From Vulcanimicrobiales bacterium (lineage in GTDB: Bacteria; Vulcanimicrobiota; Vulcanimicrobiia; Vulcanimicrobiales; Vulcanimicrobiaceae), in NCBI GenBank assembly GCA_038215615.1, contig JBBQQR010000005.1, forward strand, positions 66,152-130,151: 64,000 nt of DNA, read 5' to 3'. Below, one piece after another: positions 9,988 through 19,840 of the stretch; positions within the stretch are counted from its first letter, which is position 1; each line of letters opens with the position of its first letter. The position numbers and the translations under genes were made by a program. The notes below the pieces were generated by a model. It made no database searches, was not told the origin of the DNA, and worked only from the letters and a program-made list of their open reading frames with translations.

Positions 9988-10853
9988 CGCTCGCAGCTGC
10001 ATACGCCGCGAACGAAAGTGCGCGGCTGACGTTCGAACCCGCGCGCGAAGGCGTGCTGAGCTGGAACACGTTCGCCGATCGCGGAACCATCGAGTTTCGA
10101 CTTCTCCGCGCGCACGCGCCGGCCACGCAGTGGCTCCCGCACGCGCAATGGACGACGGACGGACGCAAGTCTTTCAGCACGGAGCATGCCGACGTGACCG
10201 TTGAGGTCGACGTGATTCGCAGCGCCCAGCCCTTCGACGGCATCGATGTTCGCGCGCTCGGCGTCGAGTTTAACGCACTATACTTTGCGACGCCCGAACA
10301 AACCGCGCCGTCGCTGCCGTACGCGGCGCCGGCCCGCATACTTGACGTTCCGGCGCGATCGCAGTATGGCGAGCACGGCGAGCGCGGCTGGTGCAGTCCG
10401 ACGGCGCTCTCGATGCTCAACGCCTATTACGGTTTGGATTTCGATTCCGCGACAACCGCGCGTGCCGTTTTCGATCGCGCGTACAACGGCACTGGCAACT
10501 GGTCGTTCAACGTCGCGTTCAGCGGGAGCTTGGGCCTGCGCGCCGCCGTGGTGTACTTGCGCAACCTCGACCAAGCCGCGCGATTCATTGAAGCCGGGAT
10601 CCCGATCGCCATTTCGTACAGCTGGAAAGGCGATGAATTGCCGGGCGCGCCGCTCGAACATTCCGACGGTCACCTTTGCGTGCTGTGCGGCTTTACCGCG
10701 AGCGGCGACTGCGCGATGAACGATCCGGCCGATCCTAACGTCCGGGTCGTCTATTCGCGAGGCGCGATTGAAAAGATTTGGCAGCGCAACAACGGCGCCG
10801 CCTATGCTGTCGCGCCGGCCGGCCTCGATTTCGTTTCCATCGTCAACTCGTAA
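9969..10853 (+). CDS. C39-like cysteine peptidase family protein
   Basis: SQ...WCSPTALSM (Cys), GHLCVLCGF (His), NDP (Asp). No signal peptide. Confidence 0.8.
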   Translation: MGLADIALAAAYAANESARLTFEPAREGVLSWNTFADRGTIEFRLLRAHAPATQWLPHAQWTTDGRKSFSTEHADVTVEVDVIRSAQPFDGIDVRALGVEFNALYFATPEQTAPSLPYAAPARILDVPARSQYGEHGERGWCSPTALSMLNAYYGLDFDSATTARAVFDRAYNGTGNWSFNVAFSGSLGLRAAVVYLRNLDQAARFIEAGIPIAISYSWKGDELPGAPLEHSDGHLCVLCGFTASGDCAMNDPADPNVRVVYSRGAIEKIWQRNNGAAYAVAPAGLDFVSIVNS

Positions 10854-11362
10854 TGCAGCCGCACGATCGCCTCGACAGCGGCTCTGCCAGCAATGCGCCG
10901 TTGCAGATCGCGCTGATCGAACCCGAGATTCCGCCCAACACCGGCAACGTTGCGCGTCTCTGCGCGGCCACCGGCTGCGCATTGCACTTGATCGAACCGC
11001 TCGGATTTAGCATCGACGACCGCGAGCTCAAGCGCGCGGGCCTCGACTACTGGGAGCACGTCGGCATAACGCTGCACGCAAGCCTCGATGCGTTCCTGGG
11101 TGCGACGACCGGTTCGCGACGCTGGTATTTTTCGACGCGAGCTTCGTTGCCCTACACGCAGGCCGACTTTCGCACCGGCGACATTCTGGTCTTCGGAAAA
11201 GAAACCAAAGGTTTGCCGGACGAACTGCTGGCGCGCGATCCCGATCGCTGCCTGCGTTTACCGATGCGGCCGGGAACCGTACGCAGCCTCAATTTATCGA
11301 CGGCCGTCGGCGTAGTAACGTATGCGGCGCTCGCGCAGTTAGCGTTTCCGGGCATGCAATGA
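10853..11362 (+). CDS. trmL: tRNA (cytidine/uridine-34-2'-O)-methyltransferase
   Basis: PEIPPNTGNVARLC, KRAGLDYW, FGKETKGL, RSLNLS. ATG at 10853. Confidence 0.95.
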   Translation: MQPHDRLDSGSASNAPLQIALIEPEIPPNTGNVARLCAATGCALHLIEPLGFSIDDRELKRAGLDYWEHVGITLHASLDAFLGATTGSRRWYFSTRASLPYTQADFRTGDILVFGKETKGLPDELLARDPDRCLRLPMRPGTVRSLNLSTAVGVVTYAALAQLAFPGMQ

Positions 11363-12057
11363 GCGCGACAACTTTGAATGCCCTCCACCGCGAGGTCGTC
11401 GCATGCACGAAGTGCCGTGAGCTGCGACGCTACTGCACGCAGGTCGCCACGGAAAAGAAACGCGCGTATCGCGATCTCACCTACTGGGGAAAACCTGTTC
11501 CGGGCTTCGGCGACCCGCACGCGCACGTCTTGCTCGTGGGCCTCGCACCCGGTGCGCACGGCAGCAATCGCACCGGCCGGCCCTTCACGGGCGACGCGTC
11601 GGGCGACTTTCTCTATCCGGCGCTGCATCGCGCCGGCTTTGCCAATCAAGCGTCGGCTTTACATGTCGCCGACGGCCTGAAGCTGAACGACGCCTACATC
11701 ACCGCGGCACTGCGTTGCGCTCCGCCGCAAAACAAACCAACGCCCGCGCAGCTGCGCAAGTGCTTTCCATACCTCGTACGCGAGTTCGAAGCGCTCGATC
11801 GCCTGCGCGTCGTGATTGGCCTCGGCGCAATCGGAACGAAAGCCGCGATCGAAGCGCTCGAGGCCGCCGGCTATTCGCTTTCGACCAAAGGCTGGCGCTT
11901 CGGCCACGGCGCCGAGCTGACCGCAACCAAAGGCAGGCGCACCGTCACGCTGATCTCGTCATTTCATCCGAGCCGTCAAAATACGAACACGGGCAAACTC
12001 ACCCGCCCGATGTTCGATGCAATTTTTACGCGCGCGCGAAAACTGCTAACGGGGTAG
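11359..12057 (+). CDS. Uracil-DNA glycosylase, family 5 (UdgB-like, Fe-S)
   Basis: CTKC, GLAPGAHGSNRTGRPFTGD, RCAPPQNKP, HPSRQN. Confidence 0.93.
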   Translation: MSATTLNALHREVVACTKCRELRRYCTQVATEKKRAYRDLTYWGKPVPGFGDPHAHVLLVGLAPGAHGSNRTGRPFTGDASGDFLYPALHRAGFANQASALHVADGLKLNDAYITAALRCAPPQNKPTPAQLRKCFPYLVREFEALDRLRVVIGLGAIGTKAAIEALEAAGYSLSTKGWRFGHGAELTATKGRRTVTLISSFHPSRQNTNTGKLTRPMFDAIFTRARKLLTG

Positions 12058-12058
12058 T

Positions 12059-12215
12059 TCGGAAGGCGGCAGATGCTGCCCGGAAATTTGCAACTTTTTC
12101 GAACTCGACAGGATGTCGACTTCAAAACTTCGTTTTCTCGAAAAAGTGCGTAAGTAGCAAAATTACACGGACGTTTTTTCGCCAGCGGTTTCCGGGCGGC
12201 GCCTTGCGCCTCCGA
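12059..12215. repeat. Structured intergenic inverted-repeat element A (MITE-like or ncRNA-like)
   Basis: Imperfect terminal inverted arms 12059-12086 and 12189-12215. Inner stem ACTTTTTCGA/TCGAAAAAGT. Hairpin TCGAC-AGGAT-GTCGA. Lies between convergent udg and aspS. Confidence 0.7.
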
Positions 12216-12216
12216 C

Positions 12217-13971
12217 CTATTGTTGCGGTGGTGTAACCAAGCGCAGTGAAAGATCGCTCACGAGCTGATCGGGCACCGGTGAGGGGGCATCCATCATGAC
12301 GTCGCGCATCAGCTGGTTCTTCGGAAACGCGATCACGTCGCGGATGTTTGATTCGCCGCACGCGATCATGACGATGCGATCGATACCGAGCGCCATGCCT
12401 CCGTGAGGCGGCGCACCGTAGTCGAGCGCGCGCAAGAAGAAACCGAAACGATCGTTGACCTGCTCTTCCGTCAGGCCGAGCATAGCGAAGATCTTGCGTT
12501 GGAAGTCGGCTTTGTGGATACGGATCGATCCGCTTCCAAGCTCGAAGCCGTTGAGGACCATGTCGTAGTGTTGCGCGCGCATGCGCAGCGGATCCGAGTC
12601 GAGCAGCGACCACTGATCGTCCGCCGGCGCGGTGAACGGATGATGCGCCGGGCCGGGTTTGCCGGTCGCCTCATCCAGTTCAAACAGCGGAAAATCCGTG
12701 ACCCAGGCAAACGCGAACGTTTTCGGGTCACGCAACCCGGCTCGATCGCCCACGACGTTGCGCATCTTTCCGGCCGCGCCCAGCGCGGCTGCGGTGGCAT
12801 CGGCGAAGATCAAGATCGCGTCGCCCGTTTCTGCTTGCGCGCGCTCACGCAATTGCGCAGCGGCGTTCTCGTCGATGAACTTCGATGCGGAGCTCTTCAC
12901 GCCGTCGGCACCCAGTGCGACCCACACCATGCCTTTCGCACCGTTTTGCTTGGCCGTTTCGACGAGCACGTCGAAGTCGCGGCGCGAAAGCGCGGCGCCG
13001 CCGGGATAGCGCAGCGCGACAATCGCGCCGTTCGAATCGATGACGGATTTGAAGATCGCGAAATCCGTTTGAGCGAAGACGTCGTTCACGCGCCGTAATT
13101 GCAGACCGAAGCGCAGATCGGGCTTGTCGCTTCCGTAGGTTTCCATCGCTTGCGCGTGCGTCAGCCGGGGGAACGGTGGCAGCTCGACGCCGAGCGCCTC
13201 GCGCCAGACATGGCGCATGCATGACTCCATGATCTCGATCACTTCTTCTTGCGTGCAGAACGACAACTCGACGTCGAGCTGTGTGAATTCGGTCTGCCGG
13301 TCGGCGCGCGAATCCTCATCACGCATGCAGCGAGCGATCTGCATGTACCGGCCGAAGCCGGCAATCATCAAGAGCTGCTTCAGAAGTTGCGGCGACTGCG
13401 GCAAAGCGTAAAACGAGCCGGGGTGCAAACGGCTGGGCACCAAGAAGTCACGCGCGCCTTCAGGCGTCGACTTGATCAAAATTGGCGTCTCGATCTCCAG
13501 GAAGCCGCGCTCGTCGAAAAAATCGCGCATCGCTTTGATGATCTTGTGACGCAAAGCGATGTTGCGCTGGAGCGGGCCGCGGCGCAGATCGAGATAGCGG
13601 TACTGCATGCGCAGGTTCTCGTCGACGTCGTCGTCCTTGTTGATTTGGAACGGCGGCACCGCGGAACGGTTGATGACGTCGAGCTCGCCGACCGCGACCT
13701 CGATCTCGCCGGTCGGCAATTTCGCGTTCTCGGTACCGGCCGGCCGGCGGCGGACCGTGCCGCGTACCCGGATGACGTCTTCGTGGCGCAGGCGCTCGGC
13801 CTCGCTGAAGTTGGCCCGTTGCGGATCGAAGACGATCTGCGTGATGCCGTCGCGGTCGCGCAGGTCGGCAAAGATCAAGCCGCCGTGATCGCGCCGGACG
13901 TTCACCCAACCCGCCAGTTCGACGACGGCCTTTTCATCGCTCGCGCGCAACGCGCCGCAAGAATATTTCAT
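12217..13971 (-). CDS. aspS: Aspartate--tRNA ligase (probably non-discriminating Asp/Asn)
   Basis: GWV..RRDHGG, YRYLDLRR, STPEGARDF, ALPQSPQ, GAPPHGG. ATG at 13971. Confidence 0.97.
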   Translation of the reverse strand: MKYSCGALRASDEKAVVELAGWVNVRRDHGGLIFADLRDRDGITQIVFDPQRANFSEAERLRHEDVIRVRGTVRRRPAGTENAKLPTGEIEVAVGELDVINRSAVPPFQINKDDDVDENLRMQYRYLDLRRGPLQRNIALRHKIIKAMRDFFDERGFLEIETPILIKSTPEGARDFLVPSRLHPGSFYALPQSPQLLKQLLMIAGFGRYMQIARCMRDEDSRADRQTEFTQLDVELSFCTQEEVIEIMESCMRHVWREALGVELPPFPRLTHAQAMETYGSDKPDLRFGLQLRRVNDVFAQTDFAIFKSVIDSNGAIVALRYPGGAALSRRDFDVLVETAKQNGAKGMVWVALGADGVKSSASKFIDENAAAQLRERAQAETGDAILIFADATAAALGAAGKMRNVVGDRAGLRDPKTFAFAWVTDFPLFELDEATGKPGPAHHPFTAPADDQWSLLDSDPLRMRAQHYDMVLNGFELGSGSIRIHKADFQRKIFAMLGLTEEQVNDRFGFFLRALDYGAPPHGGMALGIDRIVMIACGESNIRDVIAFPKNQLMRDVMMDAPSPVPDQLVSDLSLRLVTPPQQ

Positions 13972-14852
13972 AATGCGCTTTTGATTCCGGAGACGTAATA
14001 GTACTGCTGGATGAGGCTGCGCGCAAACTTCGAGGTCCCGGCGCGCTTGTCGAAGTATCCCAAGAGCCACGGCATCTTGGTCATTGCCGAGTGCAGTCCC
14101 AGGGAAACCGGGGTCATGCCGAGGTTGGCCATCACCGCGAAATCGGGATGCTTGCGGTAAAAACGCACGGTCGAGCGGCCGGCCAGCTTCATCTTCTCGA
14201 CCTGGTCCTCGTGGCCGATGTCCTGCCAATGATAATTCACCGCGCGCGGTTCGTAGAGAATCGTAAGGCCGGCTTTTTGCAAGCGATAACCGAGCTCCAA
14301 GTCCTCGTGACCGTATCCGGTGAACGATTCGTCGAAGCAGCCGACGCGCAGCAGATCGTCGCGCCGGACCGACGCGTTGCCGGTCAAGAAGTACAGCCAG
14401 CTTAACCGCTTGCGGCCCGGCGGATGCAGCGCACCGCGCTTTTCGGGGTGATCGCGTTTCTCTTCGTACACTTGGAACGATCGCACTTGCACTTCGAGGC
14501 CGACTACGGCAATGTGGCGTTCCTTGCGATGATGTCCGAGATGGCGTGAGAGTAAATCGGGCGACGCGATGATATCGGAATCGTTGAAGAGCACGACGGA
14601 TCCGCGCGCGCGCTCGATGCCGGCGTTACGCGCCATGGCCCGCCCGGAGTATGCGCCTGGAACGTGCTCGACGTTGGGATGACGTTCGCGCATACGCGCT
14701 AGATACTCGGCGGTGCCGTCGTTGGAGTTGGAGTCGCAGACGAGCACCTCGAAGCTCTCGGGCGAAAGATCTTGTGCGAGCAACGACGGGATGACATGAC
14801 GCAGCGTCTCGATCCGGTTATATGTCGGCACGACGACGGAAATCTCAGGCAT
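13968..14852 (-). CDS. Glycosyltransferase family 2
   Basis: SVVVPTYNR, D..S.DGT, ARNAG, FNDSD, GYGHEDLELGYRL. Confidence 0.9.
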   Translation of the reverse strand: MPEISVVVPTYNRIETLRHVIPSLLAQDLSPESFEVLVCDSNSNDGTAEYLARMRERHPNVEHVPGAYSGRAMARNAGIERARGSVVLFNDSDIIASPDLLSRHLGHHRKERHIAVVGLEVQVRSFQVYEEKRDHPEKRGALHPPGRKRLSWLYFLTGNASVRRDDLLRVGCFDESFTGYGHEDLELGYRLQKAGLTILYEPRAVNYHWQDIGHEDQVEKMKLAGRSTVRFYRKHPDFAVMANLGMTPVSLGLHSAMTKMPWLLGYFDKRAGTSKFARSLIQQYYYVSGIKSAL

Positions 14853-15840
14853 GCGCACCGAGCAGTTTCTCGACACCTTGCAGCACGTCACTGCGCAGCT
14901 GCGCGAGCGATTCCGGATCTTCGTAGCGAGGCTTGCGCACGAGCACGCTCGGCACTTTGTATGGCGCCCATTCTTGTGAGTTCAAGTGGAAGTAGCGGTG
15001 TTCGAAAACGACGAGCGTCGGCCTGCGCATAGCGCTTGCGACGTGCGTCGCGCCCGTATCAACCGTCACCACTACGCGGGCCCGTTCGAAAACCGCGGCC
15101 CAGCAATGAAACGGCAGCCCGCCGAGCACGATGTCGGCCGCACGCGTTTCCGCGATCGCCGCGACGTAGCGGTCGCAGTCGGGCGCGTACGTCACCACGA
15201 TCGGAAGATCGAAGCGGTGCAAATCTGCGAGCAGCTGCATGGTGGATTCGAGCGTACTGCCATCGTGAAACCATCGCCTTCCCAAATGAAAGACAATGGG
15301 ATCCTCCGGGATAAACGCGACCGCCGCGCGATCTTCATCCGTGACGTCCAACCGCAGAGATTCGACGCGCTGTTTCGCGCCGGCCCGCGCCACTAGGTCG
15401 AGCAGCTGATCGACTTCGTGGCGCACGTGACGGCCCGGATCCCGCTCGCACAACTGCGGGTCGGCTTCTGAGGTCATTAACAGGTTGACGAACCGGCGCA
15501 GCGTCAAACGCAGCAGGTACCGCCGTTCGTACGTGTATCCCACACGCGTCCGGGCATGCGTTCCGCCAACGATCGCAAGGTCCGACGCGCGCGGCGCAAG
15601 GGCGATAGCGAGATCTGTGCGGCCTTGAAAGGTTGCGCCGAATACTCCAGGCCGCGCGCCGCTGGGAAAGTCGACCAGTTCGTCGACGTCGGTATTTCTC
15701 TCCATAGCGACGCGATTGTACGAGCTGCAGACCAACGTCACGTGAGCTTCGGGGAACGACGCGCGCACAGTTGCGATCGCGGGCGTCGAAAGGATCAGAT
15801 CGCCGATCCGGTCGGTACGAACGAGCACGATCCGCTTCAT
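14845..15840 (-). CDS. Glycosyltransferase family 9 (LPS heptosyltransferase-like)
   Basis: RTDRIGDLILSTP and DTGATHVA motifs. Confidence 0.9.
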   Translation of the reverse strand: MKRIVLVRTDRIGDLILSTPAIATVRASFPEAHVTLVCSSYNRVAMERNTDVDELVDFPSGARPGVFGATFQGRTDLAIALAPRASDLAIVGGTHARTRVGYTYERRYLLRLTLRRFVNLLMTSEADPQLCERDPGRHVRHEVDQLLDLVARAGAKQRVESLRLDVTDEDRAAVAFIPEDPIVFHLGRRWFHDGSTLESTMQLLADLHRFDLPIVVTYAPDCDRYVAAIAETRAADIVLGGLPFHCWAAVFERARVVVTVDTGATHVASAMRRPTLVVFEHRYFHLNSQEWAPYKVPSVLVRKPRYEDPESLAQLRSDVLQGVEKLLGAHA

Positions 15841-16739
15841 GAAACGGCCTGCCGCGCACGCTCCAGCTCTTCGAAGTATGCTTCCGCTGCCAGCCTGCGC
15901 ACCGCGCGAAGTTCGCCTCCGCTAAGTGGACGGTCGCCGGTCAGGCAGCCAAGGCTCGACCTCCGCCGGCTTGCGGCGCCGGAACCCCGCATCCATCCGT
16001 GCAGCAAGCGCTGCACCGGGTTATCGCCCGTCGCCAAATACGTGCGCCAATGCGGGTGCAGCTTCGCCAGCTGCACGGCGGTCCTCGCCTGCGCGCGAGC
16101 CTGCCGCAGCATTTTTTCCACGTCCGCTGCGCGCGGGCGCGGCTTATAATGATAGACCAGCGCGCGCGGATTGAAGGTCGCTTTCACACCGGCGAACCGC
16201 AAGCGCAATCCGACGTCGATGTCTTCCCAGCCGTACTCCGCGAAATCTTCGTTAAAACCGCCCGCGGCCCGCAGCGTATCGAGCGGCACCGAGACGTTGG
16301 TCGTCCAAAAGTAATTGCCGCTGTAATTGCGCAGACTCCAAACCGGCAACGGCAAATCGTCGAAGTTTTCGACGTTAATGGCCCCGCCGCGAACGATCGC
16401 GCGGGGACGGCGCGCATGGCTGCGCAAGTGTTCTTCCACGAAATTCGGCAGCGGCAAAACGTCGTCGTCGATCAGAATGATGCGTTCGCCCGCGCAGCGC
16501 GCGAGCCCCGAGTTGCGGGCCTTTGCCAAGCCGCCATTTGGTTTGCTGACAACGGTGAACGGGCACGTCGCGCGCGCTTGGGCTGCAGCGATCACGGCCG
16601 GCGTATCGTCGGTCGAACCGTCGTTGACGAGCACGACTTCGTAATCCGCGTACGACAAGGTCTGTTCGAAGCACGCGTCGAGAACGCGGCCCAGCAAATG
16701 CGCGCGGTTGTACGTGCAGAGTTGGATCGTCGCCTTCAT
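15837..16739 (-). CDS. Glycosyltransferase family 2
   Basis: TYNR, NDGSTD, ARNSG, IDDD, YGWEDID. ATG at 16739. Confidence 0.9.
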   Translation of the reverse strand: MKATIQLCTYNRAHLLGRVLDACFEQTLSYADYEVVLVNDGSTDDTPAVIAAAQARATCPFTVVSKPNGGLAKARNSGLARCAGERIILIDDDVLPLPNFVEEHLRSHARRPRAIVRGGAINVENFDDLPLPVWSLRNYSGNYFWTTNVSVPLDTLRAAGGFNEDFAEYGWEDIDVGLRLRFAGVKATFNPRALVYHYKPRPRAADVEKMLRQARAQARTAVQLAKLHPHWRTYLATGDNPVQRLLHGWMRGSGAASRRRSSLGCLTGDRPLSGGELRAVRRLAAEAYFEELERARQAVS

Positions 16740-17749
16740 GCAGCTGCAGTCGCGCCGGTCAGCGATTCGATCGCAGCCATGATGCGCGGCACATCCAGGT
16801 TGGCAATGCACGCGTAGTCCGGGCAGGTCTCTTTACGTTCTCCCGGACGGCACGGGTAAGTTGCGCGAACGATCGCGGTCCGGTCGCCGAGCGGCGCCCA
16901 GCGATCGGGCGTATCGGTTTGAAAGGGATAGATGCCAACGGTCGGCGCTCCGCATGCCGCCGCGACGTGCATCGCGCCGGTCGTCACGCCCGCAAAAAAT
17001 GCCGAGCGGCGCGCGATCGCACCGAACGATCCGATCGTGGTTTTTCCCGCGATGGCGAAGCCGCCGCCTCGCGCCACGACGCCTTCGACGATGTCGCGAT
17101 CGTCCTCGCTGCCGCTCACCAGTACGGGCAGATTGAAGCGCGCGGCGATCTCGCGCACCAGATTCGCCCAGCCTTCGAGCGGCCAAATTCCGCGCTCGCT
17201 CGCGATCGCGTTGGCGGGATGCACGAGCGCAAATCCGTTGCGCGCCAAGCCGAGTTCAGCGCAGAGCGCTTCGGCCTCGCGTTCGTCGCCGGATGACGGC
17301 TCGAAGCGCAGCACGAGTTTGTTGGACGGCACGACGTCGAGCGCGCGCGCGTAGTCCAGAAGAATCTGCGACCAATGCGTCGTGACATCGCCCTGCTCGC
17401 TTCGTACCGCGACTTTCTGCGTGAAGCGCCAAGAATAGAGCCGGTTCGCCTGGCCGACGCGCACGGGAATCTTGGCGAGCTGCGGAACGCGTGCCGTGTG
17501 CGGAGTCGCCCACGTAACGATCGCGGCGTCGTATCCGCGTCGCGCCAACGATTCGGCCAGCGCGCGTTCGTCGCGACCGTCGTCGGTAAGCACGGCATCC
17601 AAGACGGGCACGCGTTCGAGTGCAGGACGGTGCGCCGGCAACGTCAGCGCATCCACAGTTTCGAACCGGTCCTTCAGAGCATCGGCAACGATCGTCGCCA
17701 TGAGCGAATCGCCGATTCCGCCGCCCGCACAGTAGACCAGTGCGCGCAT
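16736..17749 (-). CDS. Glycosyltransferase family 9 (LPS heptosyltransferase-like)
   Basis: GGIGDSLM, HP...WP, TGAMHVAAA.G.PT, RWAP. Confidence 0.88.
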   Translation of the reverse strand: MRALVYCAGGGIGDSLMATIVADALKDRFETVDALTLPAHRPALERVPVLDAVLTDDGRDERALAESLARRGYDAAIVTWATPHTARVPQLAKIPVRVGQANRLYSWRFTQKVAVRSEQGDVTTHWSQILLDYARALDVVPSNKLVLRFEPSSGDEREAEALCAELGLARNGFALVHPANAIASERGIWPLEGWANLVREIAARFNLPVLVSGSEDDRDIVEGVVARGGGFAIAGKTTIGSFGAIARRSAFFAGVTTGAMHVAAACGAPTVGIYPFQTDTPDRWAPLGDRTAIVRATYPCRPGERKETCPDYACIANLDVPRIMAAIESLTGATAAA

Positions 17750-17751
17750 CG

Positions 17752-18624
17752 CTACGCCTTCGATTTCAACGCGCGCGCGAGTTCGACGGTGTAGATGCCG
17801 TCGAGCAGCTGCGCACGCGCGAGCGCGCGCAGCGGAGCGGGCTTGCGTTCGTCGGTCGCGATCCCCGCATAAAGCGGCAGCATTCGTTCGAGCACGCGCG
17901 CGCGCAGCAAGTTTGCCGGGTGGGCCCCGGTTGCCGAGCGCACGCGCAAGCTGGAATCTTTCTGCACGAAACGCACGGCCATGCGCGCTTTTTCCAGCGC
18001 TTTACGCATCTCCAATTCCAGCGACGCCTCGCCGGGCGGCTTAATGTGCCAGATGTACGCGTCCCACGCGAATTTCGATCGCAATCCGGCGCGGCCCAGA
18101 CGAACGCCGAGTTCGGTGTCCTCCCAGCCGTACAGATGGAACTGTTCGTCAAACCCTTGCTCGGCGCGCAACGCAGCCCGCGGGATGGAGACGTTGCACG
18201 TGCAAAGCGCGGCACGCGAATAGTTGGCGAGTACCGGTTTCGGCCGCTCGTGATACGTCGGCACGTTCACGATCGGGCCGTTGACGATCAGATTGCTCGC
18301 CTCGTGCGCCGCGTCGTGGGCCGCCAGCCAGCCCGGCGGCGCGTAGACGTCGTCGTCGCAAAACGCGACCAGATGTCCCTTGGCAACGTTGATGCCGCGA
18401 TTGCGTGCCGCGCCGCGGTTAGGCCGCTCTTCGAAAACGTAGACGACCTCGAACGGGTGTTGCGTGCGCGCGCGCTCAACGATCTGCGCAGTCGCATCGG
18501 TCGAGCCGTTGTCGACGACTATCACTTCGAATGATGGCGCTCCAATCTGTTTGCCGAGCGACTCCAGCGCGCGATCCAAATACTCGGCGCGATCTTTGGT
18601 GGCAATAATGACCGACATGCGCAT
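17752..18624 (-). CDS. Glycosyltransferase family 2
   Basis: SVIIATKDR, VDNGSTD, ARNRG, FCDDD, YGWEDTELG. Confidence 0.9.
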   Translation of the reverse strand: MRMSVIIATKDRAEYLDRALESLGKQIGAPSFEVIVVDNGSTDATAQIVERARTQHPFEVVYVFEERPNRGAARNRGINVAKGHLVAFCDDDVYAPPGWLAAHDAAHEASNLIVNGPIVNVPTYHERPKPVLANYSRAALCTCNVSIPRAALRAEQGFDEQFHLYGWEDTELGVRLGRAGLRSKFAWDAYIWHIKPPGEASLELEMRKALEKARMAVRFVQKDSSLRVRSATGAHPANLLRARVLERMLPLYAGIATDERKPAPLRALARAQLLDGIYTVELARALKSKA

Positions 18625-18625
18625 G

Positions 18626-19840
18626 CTAAGCCTGCATCTCCAGAAGGCGGCGCGCCATCCGGCCTGCGGCGCCGGCATGGTCTGCGTACAATTCGCGCAG
18701 CGCCTGCGACGACTCGGCCAAGCGCGCCTTATCGCCCCATAAGTCGAGCGCCTCGCGCGCGACGCGCCCGGGAGTCAGCGTGCCGTGCAGCTCGCGCACG
18801 ATCTCGCGATTTGCGTCTATATTCGGCTGCGTGTGAAAACGAAAGCGCCGCGAGACGGCGGTAACGGCGATCTGTTTCAAACGCCGTCCGGCAAACGGAA
18901 TGCGATCGAGATAGGTCAGGGGACCGTTTATCGCGGCGAACTCCGCTACGTTGAGCGGGGTACAAGACAATACGGGCGCTCCGATCGCGGCCAGCTCGAT
19001 CACTTTCGTACCTGGAAGCGTCACGGTCAAACGCGCACGCGCGGCGGCGGCCAGGGCATTGCGCAGGATGGGAAACGTCTGCGTACCGTCGAGTGATGAC
19101 AGCGCGGGTCCGCCGGGCATCTGGATGATCCGACCCGCGTGCGAGTACATGCGAGGGTCGCCGCTGGCTTCGATCGCCAAGCGTACGGCTTCCATCGTGG
19201 TGAACGGCGAAATGCCGAACGCGATCGGCATGGCCGGGTCTTCCTGGCGGATCGCCAGTGCCGCGGTGAAGAAAAACGGAATCATGTACTGAACTTCATA
19301 GCGGCGCGACCCCGGCATGAATAGGATGCCGCCGGCCGGCGCGCCGGGTTCGGCTTCCAGCGAAGCTTCGGCAAACGCGCCGTCGATCGCAAGGTTCCCG
19401 CTGACGATGACGCGCTTGGGATCGAGACCCTCCGCAATCAGCACGGCCGCGTTTTTGGCGTCGACGGCAAAAGCCCGCTCGGTATAGCGCGCGTACTTAC
19501 GACGCGTAAAACGATACGTCGCGAATTTTCCGCCGGCTTTGCGGTGCAGGCGCGCCGCGTGCATCAAATCCCCTCCGAGGTAAAGCGTGACGTCGACCCG
19601 CTCGGGCAACCCGGCGATCGGCCGGCCCAGGATCGTCTTCAGATACGTTTTCGCATCGTAGACGTGGGCCTGCGGAAAGAGGGCGCGCACGAACTCCGGC
19701 TCCGCGCCCGTCGCGAAATCGTCGGGCACGTAGCAGACGTGCACGTCGGCCGCCGGCTCCAGGGAATAGAGCTCGCGAAGCAACGGCCGCAGCCAGCCGG
19801 CAGTTTCGCCCGGGCCGTTACAGGTGATGGCAATTTTCAC
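18626..19840 (-). CDS. Lipid-A-disaccharide synthase (LpxB)-like GT-B protein
   Basis: N-terminal NGPGE..GW.RP, central FMPGSR..E, PGT...EL...G.P and a late PN motif. Sits among LPS genes. Confidence 0.65.
   Translation of the reverse strand: MKIAITCNGPGETAGWLRPLLRELYSLEPAADVHVCYVPDDFATGAEPEFVRALFPQAHVYDAKTYLKTILGRPIAGLPERVDVTLYLGGDLMHAARLHRKAGGKFATYRFTRRKYARYTERAFAVDAKNAAVLIAEGLDPKRVIVSGNLAIDGAFAEASLEAEPGAPAGGILFMPGSRRYEVQYMIPFFFTAALAIRQEDPAMPIAFGISPFTTMEAVRLAIEASGDPRMYSHAGRIIQMPGGPALSSLDGTQTFPILRNALAAAARARLTVTLPGTKVIELAAIGAPVLSCTPLNVAEFAAINGPLTYLDRIPFAGRRLKQIAVTAVSRRFRFHTQPNIDANREIVRELHGTLTPGRVAREALDLWGDKARLAESSQALRELYADHAGAAGRMARRLLEMQA

Noticed and set aside
13972..14229. N-terminal extension of aspS in the ORF track; likewise extensions of wecA, glyA, rpmA, rfaE2, parA and fdnH
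   Set aside because: They overlap upstream genes, and family homology begins at the downstream coupled starts
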